NCBI GenBank assembly: GCA_037917625.1
Contig: JAVCBY010000116.1
Coordinates: forward strand, 1-30,284
DNA: 30,284 nt
DNA from: Thermoproteota archaeon
Lineage (GTDB): Archaea; Korarchaeota; Korarchaeia; Korarchaeales; Korarchaeaceae
Direction of reading: 5' to 3'
In this document: positions 1 to 8,819 of the stretch, piece after piece
Layout of the letters: every line of letters begins with the position of its first letter
Numbering within the stretch: the first letter of the stretch is position 1
Program-made: the position numbers and the translations under genes
The notes under the pieces: model-generated
Seen by the model: the letters and a program-made list of their open reading frames with translations, nothing else
Database searches by the model: none
What the model was told of the DNA's origin: nothing

Positions 1-505
1 TATCGCAACCATCAGCTGTAGCTACTATACCGGCTTCTATGCTCGTGGGCTCGAACCTACCCATGTGGCACATTATGGCTTCATATATCATACTACCTAT
101 TTTAACGGCCTTCGAACTGTCATCGTAAAAATCGGAGAGTATATCATCCACGAATGGTTTAGCGAGGATAACGCTGAGTATTTCATGCTCATCCCTCATA
201 ATAGAGTTCCCTATGTCATGGAGGAAGCTAGCGGTCATGACTATGAGTTTCGAATCCTCTAAGTCACGCCAATCTTCATTGACGACTTCCCGAGATAATA
301 TGTTTAAGATCTTCAGGGAGTTCCTAGCAGTTATCATAGCGTGCATCATACCATGATCGTTATACTTGAGTCTATGAACTAGGACTATGTTCGACATCTC
401 TAGGAGACCCCTTATCCTAGGATCCCCCTTGAGATATTCAAATACTTTGATGAGCTTCTCAGATTTCAGGAACTCATGTATTTCCTCCTCTAACTCAGGA
501 ATCAT
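1..505 (-). CDS. HD-superfamily metal-dependent phosphohydrolase (COG3294-like), 3'-partial
   Basis: Not in the ORF track. Manual minus-strand translation from ATG 505: MIPELEEEIHEFLKSEKL...LKYNDHGMMHAMITA...TASFLHDIGNSIMRDEHE...EAIMCHMG...GIVATADGCD, open to the window edge. H...HD...H...D motifs. ATG overlaps the stop of the upstream gene (ATGA at 505-502). Confidence 0.9.
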   Translation of the reverse strand, partial: MIPELEEEIHEFLKSEKLIKVFEYLKGDPRIRGLLEMSNIVLVHRLKYNDHGMMHAMITARNSLKILNILSREVVNEDWRDLEDSKLIVMTASFLHDIGNSIMRDEHEILSVILAKPFVDDILSDFYDDSSKAVKIGSMIYEAIMCHMGRFEPTSIEAGIVATADGCD

Positions 506-828
506 TTTTGAACTCCCAATCTCTTCAGGGCCTCCAATATCATCTCCTTAGGGGGAAAGCTGTAAACACCGCCTTTCCACTTATACAGCCTAGTGCATGC
601 GGCCTTGTAGATCCCCTTATCCTCAAAGTTAGGATCGACATCTACACCGTTTATCCTCACGGTCGGTACTCCGAGGACTTTATGCTCCACTGCCTCATCA
701 TCGCTCACTAAAACTATCTCCTCTATCTCATAAGATATGCCCGCCTCAGATAAAGTCTCCCTCAACTCCTTCAGGAACTCATCAGCTGGACACTCCGGAG
801 TATAGTAGACTGATACCTTTGCGCTCAT
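502..828 (-). CDS. Small thioredoxin-fold protein (DUF2703-like)
   Basis: Likely start ATG 828 (MSAKVSVYYTPECPA), since the track's extension to 933 overlaps the divergent gene. Cis-Pro-type motif GVPTVRINGVDV and C-terminal ACTRLY...PPKEMILEAL. Confidence 0.7.
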   Translation of the reverse strand: MSAKVSVYYTPECPADEFLKELRETLSEAGISYEIEEIVLVSDDEAVEHKVLGVPTVRINGVDVDPNFEDKGIYKAACTRLYKWKGGVYSFPPKEMILEALKRLGVQK

Positions 829-884
829 ATGATTAATGGACCAATACTCTTTTTTATCTTTCCGGTGAGGGGTGTTGAAGCGGC

Positions 885-2303
885 ATGATGTCCCACTATA
901 TGCGTGAAGATCCCCTCGCTTCCCTGAGACCATCTGGGAATACTGAGAGATTTTTAGCTCACTTAATAGACTTAATCGTGATAACTATAATTCAAACACC
1001 ATTAATTGTCCTTTTATTTGTACAGCAGAGTTTAATGAGTATCGTAATAACGTCATCAATCGCGACTTTAACTCTGATTCTGTACTTCACATTATTGGAG
1101 GGTATCTTCTCCACGACCATAGGGAAGAGAGCGCTAGATCTCAAAGTGATATCCTTGAATGGAATGTGTAACCTCTCTTTGAGGGAATCTTTCCTCAGGA
1201 ACACTTTCAGATTAGCGGACATCCTAGTTCTCTACTTACCATTGTTCCTGATTAAGGGAGGTAGGAGGATCGGGGATTTACTAGCTAATACAGCTGTTGT
1301 CTCTAAGAAATTCGTAAGGATAGAGCTTCCTTCTCCAGGATCTAGACTAGGGAAAGAGATAGGGGAAAGCATAGTTAAAGCTGTGGCTCTAGAGCTTGAG
1401 AACTTGGAGATTAAGCCTCAAGGGATCCCTAAGACTGAAATAAGGGAGTATGTAGCTGGGATCTTAGGGGAGAGGGAGGAGTTAGTGGATAGCGTAGCTC
1501 ACTTCATATCGAGTCCCTCACTTCAACTCATGACCCTAGGGGCCGAAGGTATCGCTAGGGTATATGAAGCAGCATCGGAGCTCTGCTCAGGGGAATGCAG
1601 CAAGATCCTGAGGAACAGAGCTATGATAATAAGGGCCCTTTACAAAAAAGCTGAGGGAACTGGTGAGATCAAATATTCCTGGAGAAGTAGTTTCATGAGA
1701 TCATCCCCTTACTTCCTGCTATCTATCGCACTCTTCCTGCTCTCATCTATCCTAGCGTACTACCTGAAGCCGGAGTGGATAGAGAGCTTAATCAAGGAGA
1801 TCTTCGGGAGGGATGTGATACCGAGTGAGGAGAGCCCTCTAATATTATCGATCTTGATATTCCTGAATAATCTCAGGGTCGTCCTAGCTACGCTCGGCTT
1901 AGCTCCCCTGATCTTCATGCCATTCCTCACCTTAATCGTAAACGGCCTCTTAGTTGGGTTCGTCCTATCGATCTCGAGCAATCCCATTAAATCACTACTC
2001 TTAATACTCCCGCACGGAGTACCGGAGCTCTCTTCAATCTTCATCTCTACCTCCGTGGGCCTCAGGATATCCAGGTATATGCTAGATAGTAAGAAGTGGC
2101 CCCGGGCTATGGAAGCTGCTATGGAGTCCGTTGACCTCATAATCCTCTCCTATATCCTCCTCCTCTACGCTGCACTCGTTGAGGGCTTCATAACTAGATG
2201 GATCTCGAATTACCCCATCCTAGATGTAGCTCTCTCAATCGCTGAAGCTGTGATAATATACTCTATCATATCTTCTCCAAGTTCCTCACGAGATCCGACT
2301 TAG
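885..2303 (+). CDS. Membrane protein: N-terminal RDD domain fused to C-terminal SpoIIM-family domain
   Basis: RDD motifs RFLAHLID, TIGKRALDLKV, LRNTFRLAD, RRIGDLLANTAVV. Soluble helical linker. SpoIIM motifs IFLNNLRV, NGLLVG, ILPHGVPEL, AALVEGFIT. Confidence 0.85.
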   Translation: MMSHYMREDPLASLRPSGNTERFLAHLIDLIVITIIQTPLIVLLFVQQSLMSIVITSSIATLTLILYFTLLEGIFSTTIGKRALDLKVISLNGMCNLSLRESFLRNTFRLADILVLYLPLFLIKGGRRIGDLLANTAVVSKKFVRIELPSPGSRLGKEIGESIVKAVALELENLEIKPQGIPKTEIREYVAGILGEREELVDSVAHFISSPSLQLMTLGAEGIARVYEAASELCSGECSKILRNRAMIIRALYKKAEGTGEIKYSWRSSFMRSSPYFLLSIALFLLSSILAYYLKPEWIESLIKEIFGRDVIPSEESPLILSILIFLNNLRVVLATLGLAPLIFMPFLTLIVNGLLVGFVLSISSNPIKSLLLILPHGVPELSSIFISTSVGLRISRYMLDSKKWPRAMEAAMESVDLIILSYILLLYAALVEGFITRWISNYPILDVALSIAEAVIIYSIISSPSSSRDPT

Positions 2304-2817
2304 TGATTATCCCCACTATGCCCCCATTCTCTTGTATCAAGACCGCTTGATAATAGAGGAGTGCCTCCCTTATCAGTGCAACAGATGTATCTGGGGGGAA
2401 TATTGGAAATGGGCTCCCCATGACTTCCTCCACTAGCGTCTCCATCGATATAGATCCTATCCTATTTATTATCGCCTCCTCCGTTAATGAGCCGACGACC
2501 TTCCCATTCGAGATCACCGGAAGTTGAGATATACCGTGCTCCTCCATGAGGGATATCGCCTTCCTCAAGCTATCCTTGGGTGAGACGCTTATGACAGGGG
2601 AGCTCATTACCTCCTTAGCTCTAGAAAGACCTTTCTTTTCCCTAGCAAGCTCGAGAGCCCTAATTATCCTCAAAGCTACATCATAATTCGGGATCAGTTG
2701 ACCATTCTCTACCTTCGAAATGAGAGATTGACTCACTCCAGCCATTTTCGCTAGTTCCCTCTGGCTTATCCCGAGCAATTTCCTCTCCTTCCCGAGTGAG
2801 CTCAGATCCCTGAGCAT
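2266..2817 (-). CDS. XRE-type HTH transcriptional regulator with CBS pair (COG3620-like)
   Basis: RKLLGISQRELAKMAGVSQSLISKVENG HTH followed by two CBS repeats (VMSSPVISV...GISQLPV; VMGSPFP...VGIITKSDL). Confidence 0.9.
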   Translation of the reverse strand: MLRDLSSLGKERKLLGISQRELAKMAGVSQSLISKVENGQLIPNYDVALRIIRALELAREKKGLSRAKEVMSSPVISVSPKDSLRKAISLMEEHGISQLPVISNGKVVGSLTEEAIINRIGSISMETLVEEVMGSPFPIFPPDTSVALIREALLYYQAVLIQENGGIVGIITKSDLVRNLEKI

Positions 2818-2838
2818 ATTCCTATTGGAATCATTTAT

Positions 2839-2856
2839 TATTTAAACTTTTAAATA
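2839..2856. promoter_or_regulatory. Back-to-back TATA boxes (perfect inverted repeat) of a divergent promoter
   Basis: TATTTAAA-CT-TTTAAATA. Each TTTAAATA begins 27-29 nt upstream of a start codon (2876 on plus, 2817 on minus). Confidence 0.65.
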
Positions 2857-2875
2857 GATGATTCTCGCTCTTACT

Positions 2876-3958
2876 ATGTCGGATTTCTCACCCATCGAGA
2901 TTCCAATATATATGACAGCTACTTTTCAGAACCCTCTACCTTCAGGAAAGCCTAGCATCTCTCGGAGGGGCAGGGAGTTGAAGTACTCGAGGGAGGAGAA
3001 CCCGAGCGTCGAGGGGCTCGAGAGGATAGTGGCTTCCCTCGATGGATACGATGACTGCTTAGCTTTCAACAGTGGGATGGCATCTATCTCAACGCTCTTC
3101 CTATCGAGGTATAGGAAGAAGATCTTGGTGAATTTAGATTCCTACTCAGCTACAGTAAGTTTGGCGCTCCGCTTAAAGGCTATGGGGTTCGATGTCGAGA
3201 TATGCAGCACTGATCATCTTGGGGATCATATAAAGCCAGGGAGCTTGGTTTTCACAGAATCTATAACGAATCCACTGCTCAGAGTACCTGATTTGGAGAT
3301 GCTTAGGGATTCTTGCATAGATAAGAACGCTGAATTAGTTATAGATAACACATCTGCGACCCCTATCCTCCTAAAACCATCTCCTTTCTCAGACCTATCG
3401 ATACAGAGCGCTACTAAGTATCTAAGTGGTACGAACGATATCTTGGGAGGGGTTATATCAGGCAATGAGTTATCTGAGTTATGGGAATGGAGGAAGATCC
3501 TAGGGAATATATTAGATCCTTTCAGAGCATTTCTAGTGATTAGAGGGATTAAAACGCTCGAGCTCAGGATGAAGAGACATTGTGAGACCGCGCTTACTAT
3601 AGCTAGATGGCTACAAGATCATCCTAAGGTGAGGGAAGTTATATACCCCGGATTGGAGACGCATGAGGATCATCAAATAGCTAAGAGAATACTCAAGGGA
3701 TTCGGGGGGATAATTTCTTTCAGGGTAAGTGAGGATGCGAGGAAGTTCTTAATGAACCTCAGGAGGATAAAGAGAGCTACGAGCTTCGGAGCTTATATAT
3801 CGCTAGCGAGCATTCCCTATGAATCCGCTTCCTCCAACTTGACTGAGGACCTCATAGAGGCTAGCGGGATAGATAAAAGCTTGATAAGACTCTCAGTTGG
3901 GCTGGAGGATCCGGAAATTTTGATAGATGATCTTGACTCTTCACTGAAAGGGATTTGA
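2876..3958 (+). CDS. Cys/Met metabolism PLP enzyme (cystathionine gamma-synthase/lyase family)
   Basis: YSREENP, FNSGMASI, ESITNP, IDNT, SATKYLSG (PLP lysine), LIRLSVGLED. ATG 2876 preferred over 2858 on TATA spacing. Confidence 0.9.
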   Translation: MSDFSPIEIPIYMTATFQNPLPSGKPSISRRGRELKYSREENPSVEGLERIVASLDGYDDCLAFNSGMASISTLFLSRYRKKILVNLDSYSATVSLALRLKAMGFDVEICSTDHLGDHIKPGSLVFTESITNPLLRVPDLEMLRDSCIDKNAELVIDNTSATPILLKPSPFSDLSIQSATKYLSGTNDILGGVISGNELSELWEWRKILGNILDPFRAFLVIRGIKTLELRMKRHCETALTIARWLQDHPKVREVIYPGLETHEDHQIAKRILKGFGGIISFRVSEDARKFLMNLRRIKRATSFGAYISLASIPYESASSNLTEDLIEASGIDKSLIRLSVGLEDPEILIDDLDSSLKGI

Positions 3959-4050
3959 AATATTCATCGAGCTTTTTTTGTAACGCATTATGCGACTATA
4001 CTGAAGGATCACATTTTAATTATTCCTACGATGACTCACCCGAGGCACGT

Positions 4051-4977
4051 ATGGAGCTCGAAGTACTGAGGAGGATCTTGAAGAGCAATGCTAAGAGGAC
4101 CTCTAACCCATTGGGTGTGAGTGAGAGGGAATGCGGGAAATGGTCGAGGGATCTGAACGTACCTGAGAGGGGAGAGGTGCTCCTCTATACGGGATGCTTG
4201 TATCAGATGGCCCCTCAGATAGAGATATTCTCAGATCTCCTGAGGAGATTCGAATCTATCGGGCCCAGCTTCCTGGATCTCTCAATGAGGCTCTACGCTT
4301 CCTTCCTCTCCATGGGGATCGATGCATCAGCTCCTATTAAGCTCATGAAAAAGAAGAACAGATATCTCAATATATTGAAGAATATAGCATATGCTTTGAG
4401 GGAATCTGGTGTCAAATTCGCATGTTTAAGGGAGGAGCCTTATAATGGCGTCCTCTATCACGATCTGGGACTTGATGAACTATTTGAGAAGCAGATGATG
4501 AGGATAGCAGGGAAAATAAGGGAAGCTGGGGCTAAGGAAGTGATAACTGTCGATCCTCACGGTACTTACATGCTGAAGTACCATCTAACTGAATACTTAG
4601 ACGTTGAGGTATTCCATTACTCTGAGATCCTCCTCAAGAGCTACGAGCCTACGAGAAAGGGGCTTGAGGTAACGCTCCACGATCCCTGCTATCTAGCTAG
4701 GTGGAGCGATTCAACGGAGCAGATAAGGGAGCTATTGCGAAAGGCTGGAGTCATTTTAAGGGAATCTGAGTTCTCTAAGAAGTTCACTGGATGCTGTGGA
4801 GGACCAATAGAATCTATTTTCCCGAATTTAGCTTCTAAAATAGCTGAAAAGAGGTTAGAGGAACTGAAGTCGACTGGATCTAGTAAGATAGTGGTAGCCT
4901 GCCCCATCTGCCTCCTCAACTTGAAGAAAGTTGCTGGAGGTTTAGAAGTACTAGATCTCGCGGAGGTGATCGTATGA
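4051..4977 (+). CDS. CCG-domain Fe-S oxidoreductase (LutA/GlpC/HdrD-like)
   Basis: LYTGC, HDPCYLAR, CCGG and ACPIC motifs; the first CCG repeat is degenerate (EPYNG, TVDPH). Start moved to ATG 4051 because 3959-4050 holds a T7 run and a TATA-like TTTTAATTA. Confidence 0.85.
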   Translation: MELEVLRRILKSNAKRTSNPLGVSERECGKWSRDLNVPERGEVLLYTGCLYQMAPQIEIFSDLLRRFESIGPSFLDLSMRLYASFLSMGIDASAPIKLMKKKNRYLNILKNIAYALRESGVKFACLREEPYNGVLYHDLGLDELFEKQMMRIAGKIREAGAKEVITVDPHGTYMLKYHLTEYLDVEVFHYSEILLKSYEPTRKGLEVTLHDPCYLARWSDSTEQIRELLRKAGVILRESEFSKKFTGCCGGPIESIFPNLASKIAEKRLEELKSTGSSKIVVACPICLLNLKKVAGGLEVLDLAEVIV

Positions 4978-6137
4978 ACTTGAGGGGAGTGAGCTCCCTC
5001 CTGATAGAGGCGAGCTCCAACAGTTTCTTGAGGACCTCACTGGATAGAGCTAACCTCTCATACTGGGAGCTGAGGAAGAGCGTGTTCTCAAAGTACCCCT
5101 ATCTGAGGGAACTAGCTGATAAAGTGAGGGAAGTCAAGGAACGCTCATTGGAGAGAATGGAGGAGCTCACTCACATCGCTATGGAGAGCGTAGAGAGGAA
5201 CGGAGGCTTCGCATATTTAGCTAGGACTCCTGATGAAGCTAGGAGGATCGTGGATGAGATAGTAGGCGATAGCAGAGTTATAGTGAAGGGGAAGAGTATA
5301 ACGAGCGATGAAGTTAGGTTCAGGGAACACTTAACGAGTAGAGGAAAGGAGGTCTATGAGACAGATTTGGGGGAGTTCTTAGTTCAGTTCATAGGGCCGA
5401 AATCTATGCATTTCATATCGGTATCCATCCACTTAACTAGGGAGAGGGTCGCCGAGTTCCTGAGGAGTTTCGTGGGGGAGGAGGTTGATAAGGATGATAT
5501 AGAGGGCATGGTGGCTCTCGTCAGGAAGTTCCTGAGGAGGAAGTACTTCGAAGCGGATATAGGGATGAGCGGCGCTAATGCCTTCGCTGCGGACGAGGGA
5601 TGCGGCTTCATAATAGAGAATGAGTCTAATGTGAGACTCTCCATATCGTTACCGAAGAAGCATGTGATGCTCGTGGGTATGGAGAAGGTCTTACCCACGA
5701 TGCTGGATGCTTGGAGGGCCGTGGAAGTCATAACGAGGTATAACGGGTACAAGGTATCATCGTACGTTAACATCGTGAGGGGACCTCAGAAAGATGAGTT
5801 CGGCCCAAGAGAGCTTCATGTGATATTTCTAGATAATGGGAGAGTTGAGAGCTCCCGAGATCCTATTTTGAGAGAGGCTTTACTCTGCCTCAGGTGCGGG
5901 GCCTGCCAGTACTTATGTCCCGTCTTCTGGATAGTCGGCGGTTACTGGGGAGGGTTAAAATCCGTTTACTCCGGTGGGATAGGGGTCATATGGGAGTACA
6001 TAACTGGAAGCAAGGAGGAGGCTATAAAGCATTCCTTCGCATGTCTCCTCTGTGGTAGATGTGAGGAAGCCTGTCCCATGCGAATAGATCAGCAGAAGAT
6101 ACTCAGGGAGATCAGGAGGAGGGGATATGAGCATTGA
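4974..6137 (+). CDS. LUD domain + 2x[4Fe-4S] protein (LutB-like)
   Basis: VKGKSITSDE, ETDLGEFLVQ, SGANAFAA, ENESN, GPRELHVIFLDNGR, CLRCGACQYLCP and CLLCGRCEEACP. ATGA overlap with the upstream CCG gene. Confidence 0.9.
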   Translation: MNLRGVSSLLIEASSNSFLRTSLDRANLSYWELRKSVFSKYPYLRELADKVREVKERSLERMEELTHIAMESVERNGGFAYLARTPDEARRIVDEIVGDSRVIVKGKSITSDEVRFREHLTSRGKEVYETDLGEFLVQFIGPKSMHFISVSIHLTRERVAEFLRSFVGEEVDKDDIEGMVALVRKFLRRKYFEADIGMSGANAFAADEGCGFIIENESNVRLSISLPKKHVMLVGMEKVLPTMLDAWRAVEVITRYNGYKVSSYVNIVRGPQKDEFGPRELHVIFLDNGRVESSRDPILREALLCLRCGACQYLCPVFWIVGGYWGGLKSVYSGGIGVIWEYITGSKEEAIKHSFACLLCGRCEEACPMRIDQQKILREIRRRGYEH

Positions 6138-6201
6138 GGTGAGATCCTCAACCGGCTTTAATATTTGAACCCCTCATCCGAGCATTTCTTGAGGCCTCCA
6201 G

Positions 6202-7185
6202 TTAGAGGAGCTTCAGTAAGGGAGCTAAGTCCATACCCAGGCATTCCGTCAATCTTTTATCGATCAGATATTTCGCTAACTCCTTAGAGTGATCTATCCC
6301 GAGGATCTCCTTCCAGAACGGCCAGAGTTGAGGGCATGGTATTTTTCCCAGTAAGGGCAGCGATAATACATCTTTGAAGGGACTTCTTCCCATGTGCTCC
6401 CTCCTCCCATCATCTAAAATTATGACGTGGACCTCCTTCGGCCCATGAGCGCCGTAAACTACCTTCTTCTCTATATCACCTGTCTTACTGGGACCACCGA
6501 CTACGCTAGCGTAATTGTAACCTTTACTGAGCATCGCGAGCTCCACGATACTGAAACCCTCCTCGTAGTTAGGGACCAACTGATCCATGCCCACTAAAGC
6601 TATGTGCTTCAGTGGGGCCATTGAGATTAGCCTCTCTAAGCCGCTACTCGGGAGGAGGAAGAGAGCCCCCGGATTCACCGAGAGAGCTACTGCATCTGTG
6701 ATCCCGAAATCAGCTCTCTCTATTTTCTCCCTGTAGGTACTGAGTTCCCCTCCTCTCAGTTCCTTGAGCAGGAGCGGGTACTCCGTATCGTAAACTTCAT
6801 TGCCTAACTCAACCAGATATTCACCTAAGCTACATTCCTCAAGTGCAAGAGCGAAAGATTTGAAAACTACTTTCCCGCTTCCCACTATCTCCCCTACAAT
6901 TTTTCTGGCATCTTCCCGAGTCTCCGCTATATAGCACTTCATCCTGTTCTCCTCAAGCTCCCTGCAGGCATTGGCCAGCATTGAATCGATAGGTATCTCA
7001 CTCCTAGACCTCAAAACAGAGTTCAATAGTTCTGGAGGGGGATTCCCATGGGAAGAATATGCTCTGATGAATTCCGCGACCCTCCCGTTCAACCCCCAGG
7101 ATAGAACTTTGTCTATGAGCTCTAGGTTAGATCTAAGCTCGGACCCGGTGAGCTCTGAGTTCGCGAGTGAGTAGAGGAGGCTCAT
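6202..7185 (-). CDS. LUD domain protein (LutC-like, long form, no intact Fe-S motif)
   Basis: ADFGITDA, GGPSKTGDIEKKVVYGAHGPKEVHVIILD. Start ATG 7185 (MSLLYSL) supported by TTTATA at 7215-7210 on the minus strand. Confidence 0.85.
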   Translation of the reverse strand: MSLLYSLANSELTGSELRSNLELIDKVLSWGLNGRVAEFIRAYSSHGNPPPELLNSVLRSRSEIPIDSMLANACRELEENRMKCYIAETREDARKIVGEIVGSGKVVFKSFALALEECSLGEYLVELGNEVYDTEYPLLLKELRGGELSTYREKIERADFGITDAVALSVNPGALFLLPSSGLERLISMAPLKHIALVGMDQLVPNYEEGFSIVELAMLSKGYNYASVVGGPSKTGDIEKKVVYGAHGPKEVHVIILDDGRREHMGRSPFKDVLSLPLLGKIPCPQLWPFWKEILGIDHSKELAKYLIDKRLTECLGMDLAPLLKLL

Positions 7186-7232
7186 CCAGAGAGGGGCTCC
7201 CCTGAAAAATATAAAGATTTCAGTGCAATCCT

Positions 7233-7646
7233 TCAGGAAATGCATCGAGATATCTCGAGCTCCTCAAACCTATCCCCGACTAATCTGAAAGCTTTAAAGC
7301 TCCCGTCCCCTGAGACTATGAGGTAGATGAGGCCCGGGATCGCTCTCTCCTCATCGATCTTCGAGGGTACTGGGGCTCCGAGTGGATGACTATGATAAAC
7401 TCCAATCAGCTCTAAGCCTGATGATTCTGCCTCCTCTATGGCCCTATATGTATCTCGGGGATCCACTTCGTAGAGTGAGTGCGACTCGCTCAAATTTCTG
7501 GCCCTATGAATGCCCCTCACTAAGACTTTTGAGCTCTCTATACGCCCTATGAGCAGGCCGCAAGCCTCCCTAGGCATCTCCTCCATCGCGTGCCTCAATA
7601 TCTCCTCGATTATACGCTCAGGGATTTCCACCTTCAACGGTCCCAT
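7233..7646 (-). CDS. JAMM/MPN+ (Mov34) metalloprotease
   Basis: PREACGLL plus HSHPLGAPVPSKID (E...HxH-x10-D). Confidence 0.92.
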   Translation of the reverse strand: MGPLKVEIPERIIEEILRHAMEEMPREACGLLIGRIESSKVLVRGIHRARNLSESHSLYEVDPRDTYRAIEEAESSGLELIGVYHSHPLGAPVPSKIDEERAIPGLIYLIVSGDGSFKAFRLVGDRFEELEISRCIS

Positions 7647-7689
7647 ACATTATCGATAAGAATATAAGTAAGTGTCCCCTTAACTCATC

Positions 7690-8046
7690 ATGGATTTATT
7701 TATGCCAGAGCTCTTGAGCTTCATAATCACACTCATAGTGAGCGCATTTGTGATATGGCTCGCTCAGAAGATAGTGCTTCCGAGACATAAGGAGAAAGGC
7801 ATCCTCTCAGTTCTGGCATTAGCTTTCTTATGGTCTCTGATAGAATTCGTGCTCTCTCTCATCTTCTCTATAATACCCTTAGGCGTAATAGAGGAGATAG
7901 TGGTCCTCATCCTCTGGATATGGGTACTGAAAGCATGGTTCAATGTGGGTTGGCTTCAAGCAGCAGCTATAGCTCTCGTCGCTTGGATAATAATGCTCGC
8001 GGCGGGATTCTTCTTAGGGATCGGTTCCCTCATGAGGTCCATCTAA
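7690..8046 (+). CDS. Small multi-pass membrane protein, unknown function
   Basis: 118 aa with about four hydrophobic segments; fills the gap between neighbouring genes. Confidence 0.75.
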   Translation: MDLFMPELLSFIITLIVSAFVIWLAQKIVLPRHKEKGILSVLALAFLWSLIEFVLSLIFSIIPLGVIEEIVVLILWIWVLKAWFNVGWLQAAAIALVAWIIMLAAGFFLGIGSLMRSI

Positions 8047-8819
8047 CCAATTATTTTTCTCAATTCATCGAAAGCTCTCCCTATTTCTTTATGTGTGAGG
8101 GCCATATCCTCGAATAATATGGATTTTAGTCTCTCTAATGGGGTCTCATCGAACGCAGCTTCTATGTATCTCAGCCCCCGCCTATCTTTGAGGAACTCTC
8201 TGATCTCATGAGGGCCCTCCTGCAGCTTCAGGAGGCCAGCTACTGCTACAGTCCCTACGGATGATGCTAGAGCTAGAGTACCAGCTTTATTTATCAGATG
8301 AGTCCTAGTAACTCTATCAGCTCCCACCAGTCCAATAGCCCCTCTCTTCATGGAAATCCAGGGGATTAAGGAATCTCTAGTCAATATCACTGAGAACCCA
8401 TATTCCTTCAGGATCCTCGCTGTCTCAAGTCCCTCCCCTCCTGGAAGGGATTCGCTCACTATAACTTCCTCAGGGCCGTACTCTTTAATGCAGTTTATGA
8501 CAGAGGAGCTCCTGCTTATCGTAGCTATTCTCCTAACTCCTAGCTCACTCAAATATTTCGAGCATGTCCTGATGAGCCTCCCCTTTGAGCTCTCGAAGAA
8601 ATCGCGGAGCTTCATCAATAAGCCCCTGCAAGCAGCTCTAGCGAGATGCTCAAGAGCTGACATCTCGGGATGGGCCCTAGCTAGCATTAAAGCATGCTTG
8701 CACGGGTCTTCCATATTCATCAAGATGTTAAGGGCATCCTCGAATATCTCTAGGGATCCCCTCCTCTTATCCTTTACTAGATCCTCAATACTCGTAAGCC
8801 GGACCCTCCTCAAACGCAT
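8043..8819 (-). CDS. eIF-2B alpha/beta/delta family protein
   Basis: RRGSLEI, HPEMSAL, TISRSSSV, ESLPGGEG, LVGADRV, INKAGT, FDETP motifs. Confidence 0.85.
   Translation of the reverse strand: MRLRRVRLTSIEDLVKDKRRGSLEIFEDALNILMNMEDPCKHALMLARAHPEMSALEHLARAACRGLLMKLRDFFESSKGRLIRTCSKYLSELGVRRIATISRSSSVINCIKEYGPEEVIVSESLPGGEGLETARILKEYGFSVILTRDSLIPWISMKRGAIGLVGADRVTRTHLINKAGTLALASSVGTVAVAGLLKLQEGPHEIREFLKDRRGLRYIEAAFDETPLERLKSILFEDMALTHKEIGRAFDELRKIIG

Noticed and set aside
65-262. Plus-strand 65-aa ORF from the track
   Set aside because: Antisense shadow of the HD-domain gene on the minus strand.
3955-4050. N-terminal extension of the CCG protein with CNALC
   Set aside because: The region has a T7 terminator-like run and a TATA, so it is better read as intergenic with start at 4051.
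7233-7646. JAMM protease as part of a CysO-type sulfur-carrier pathway with the PLP enzyme
   Set aside because: No ThiS/MoaD/ubiquitin-like or E1 gene is in the window, and the two genes are not co-operonic.
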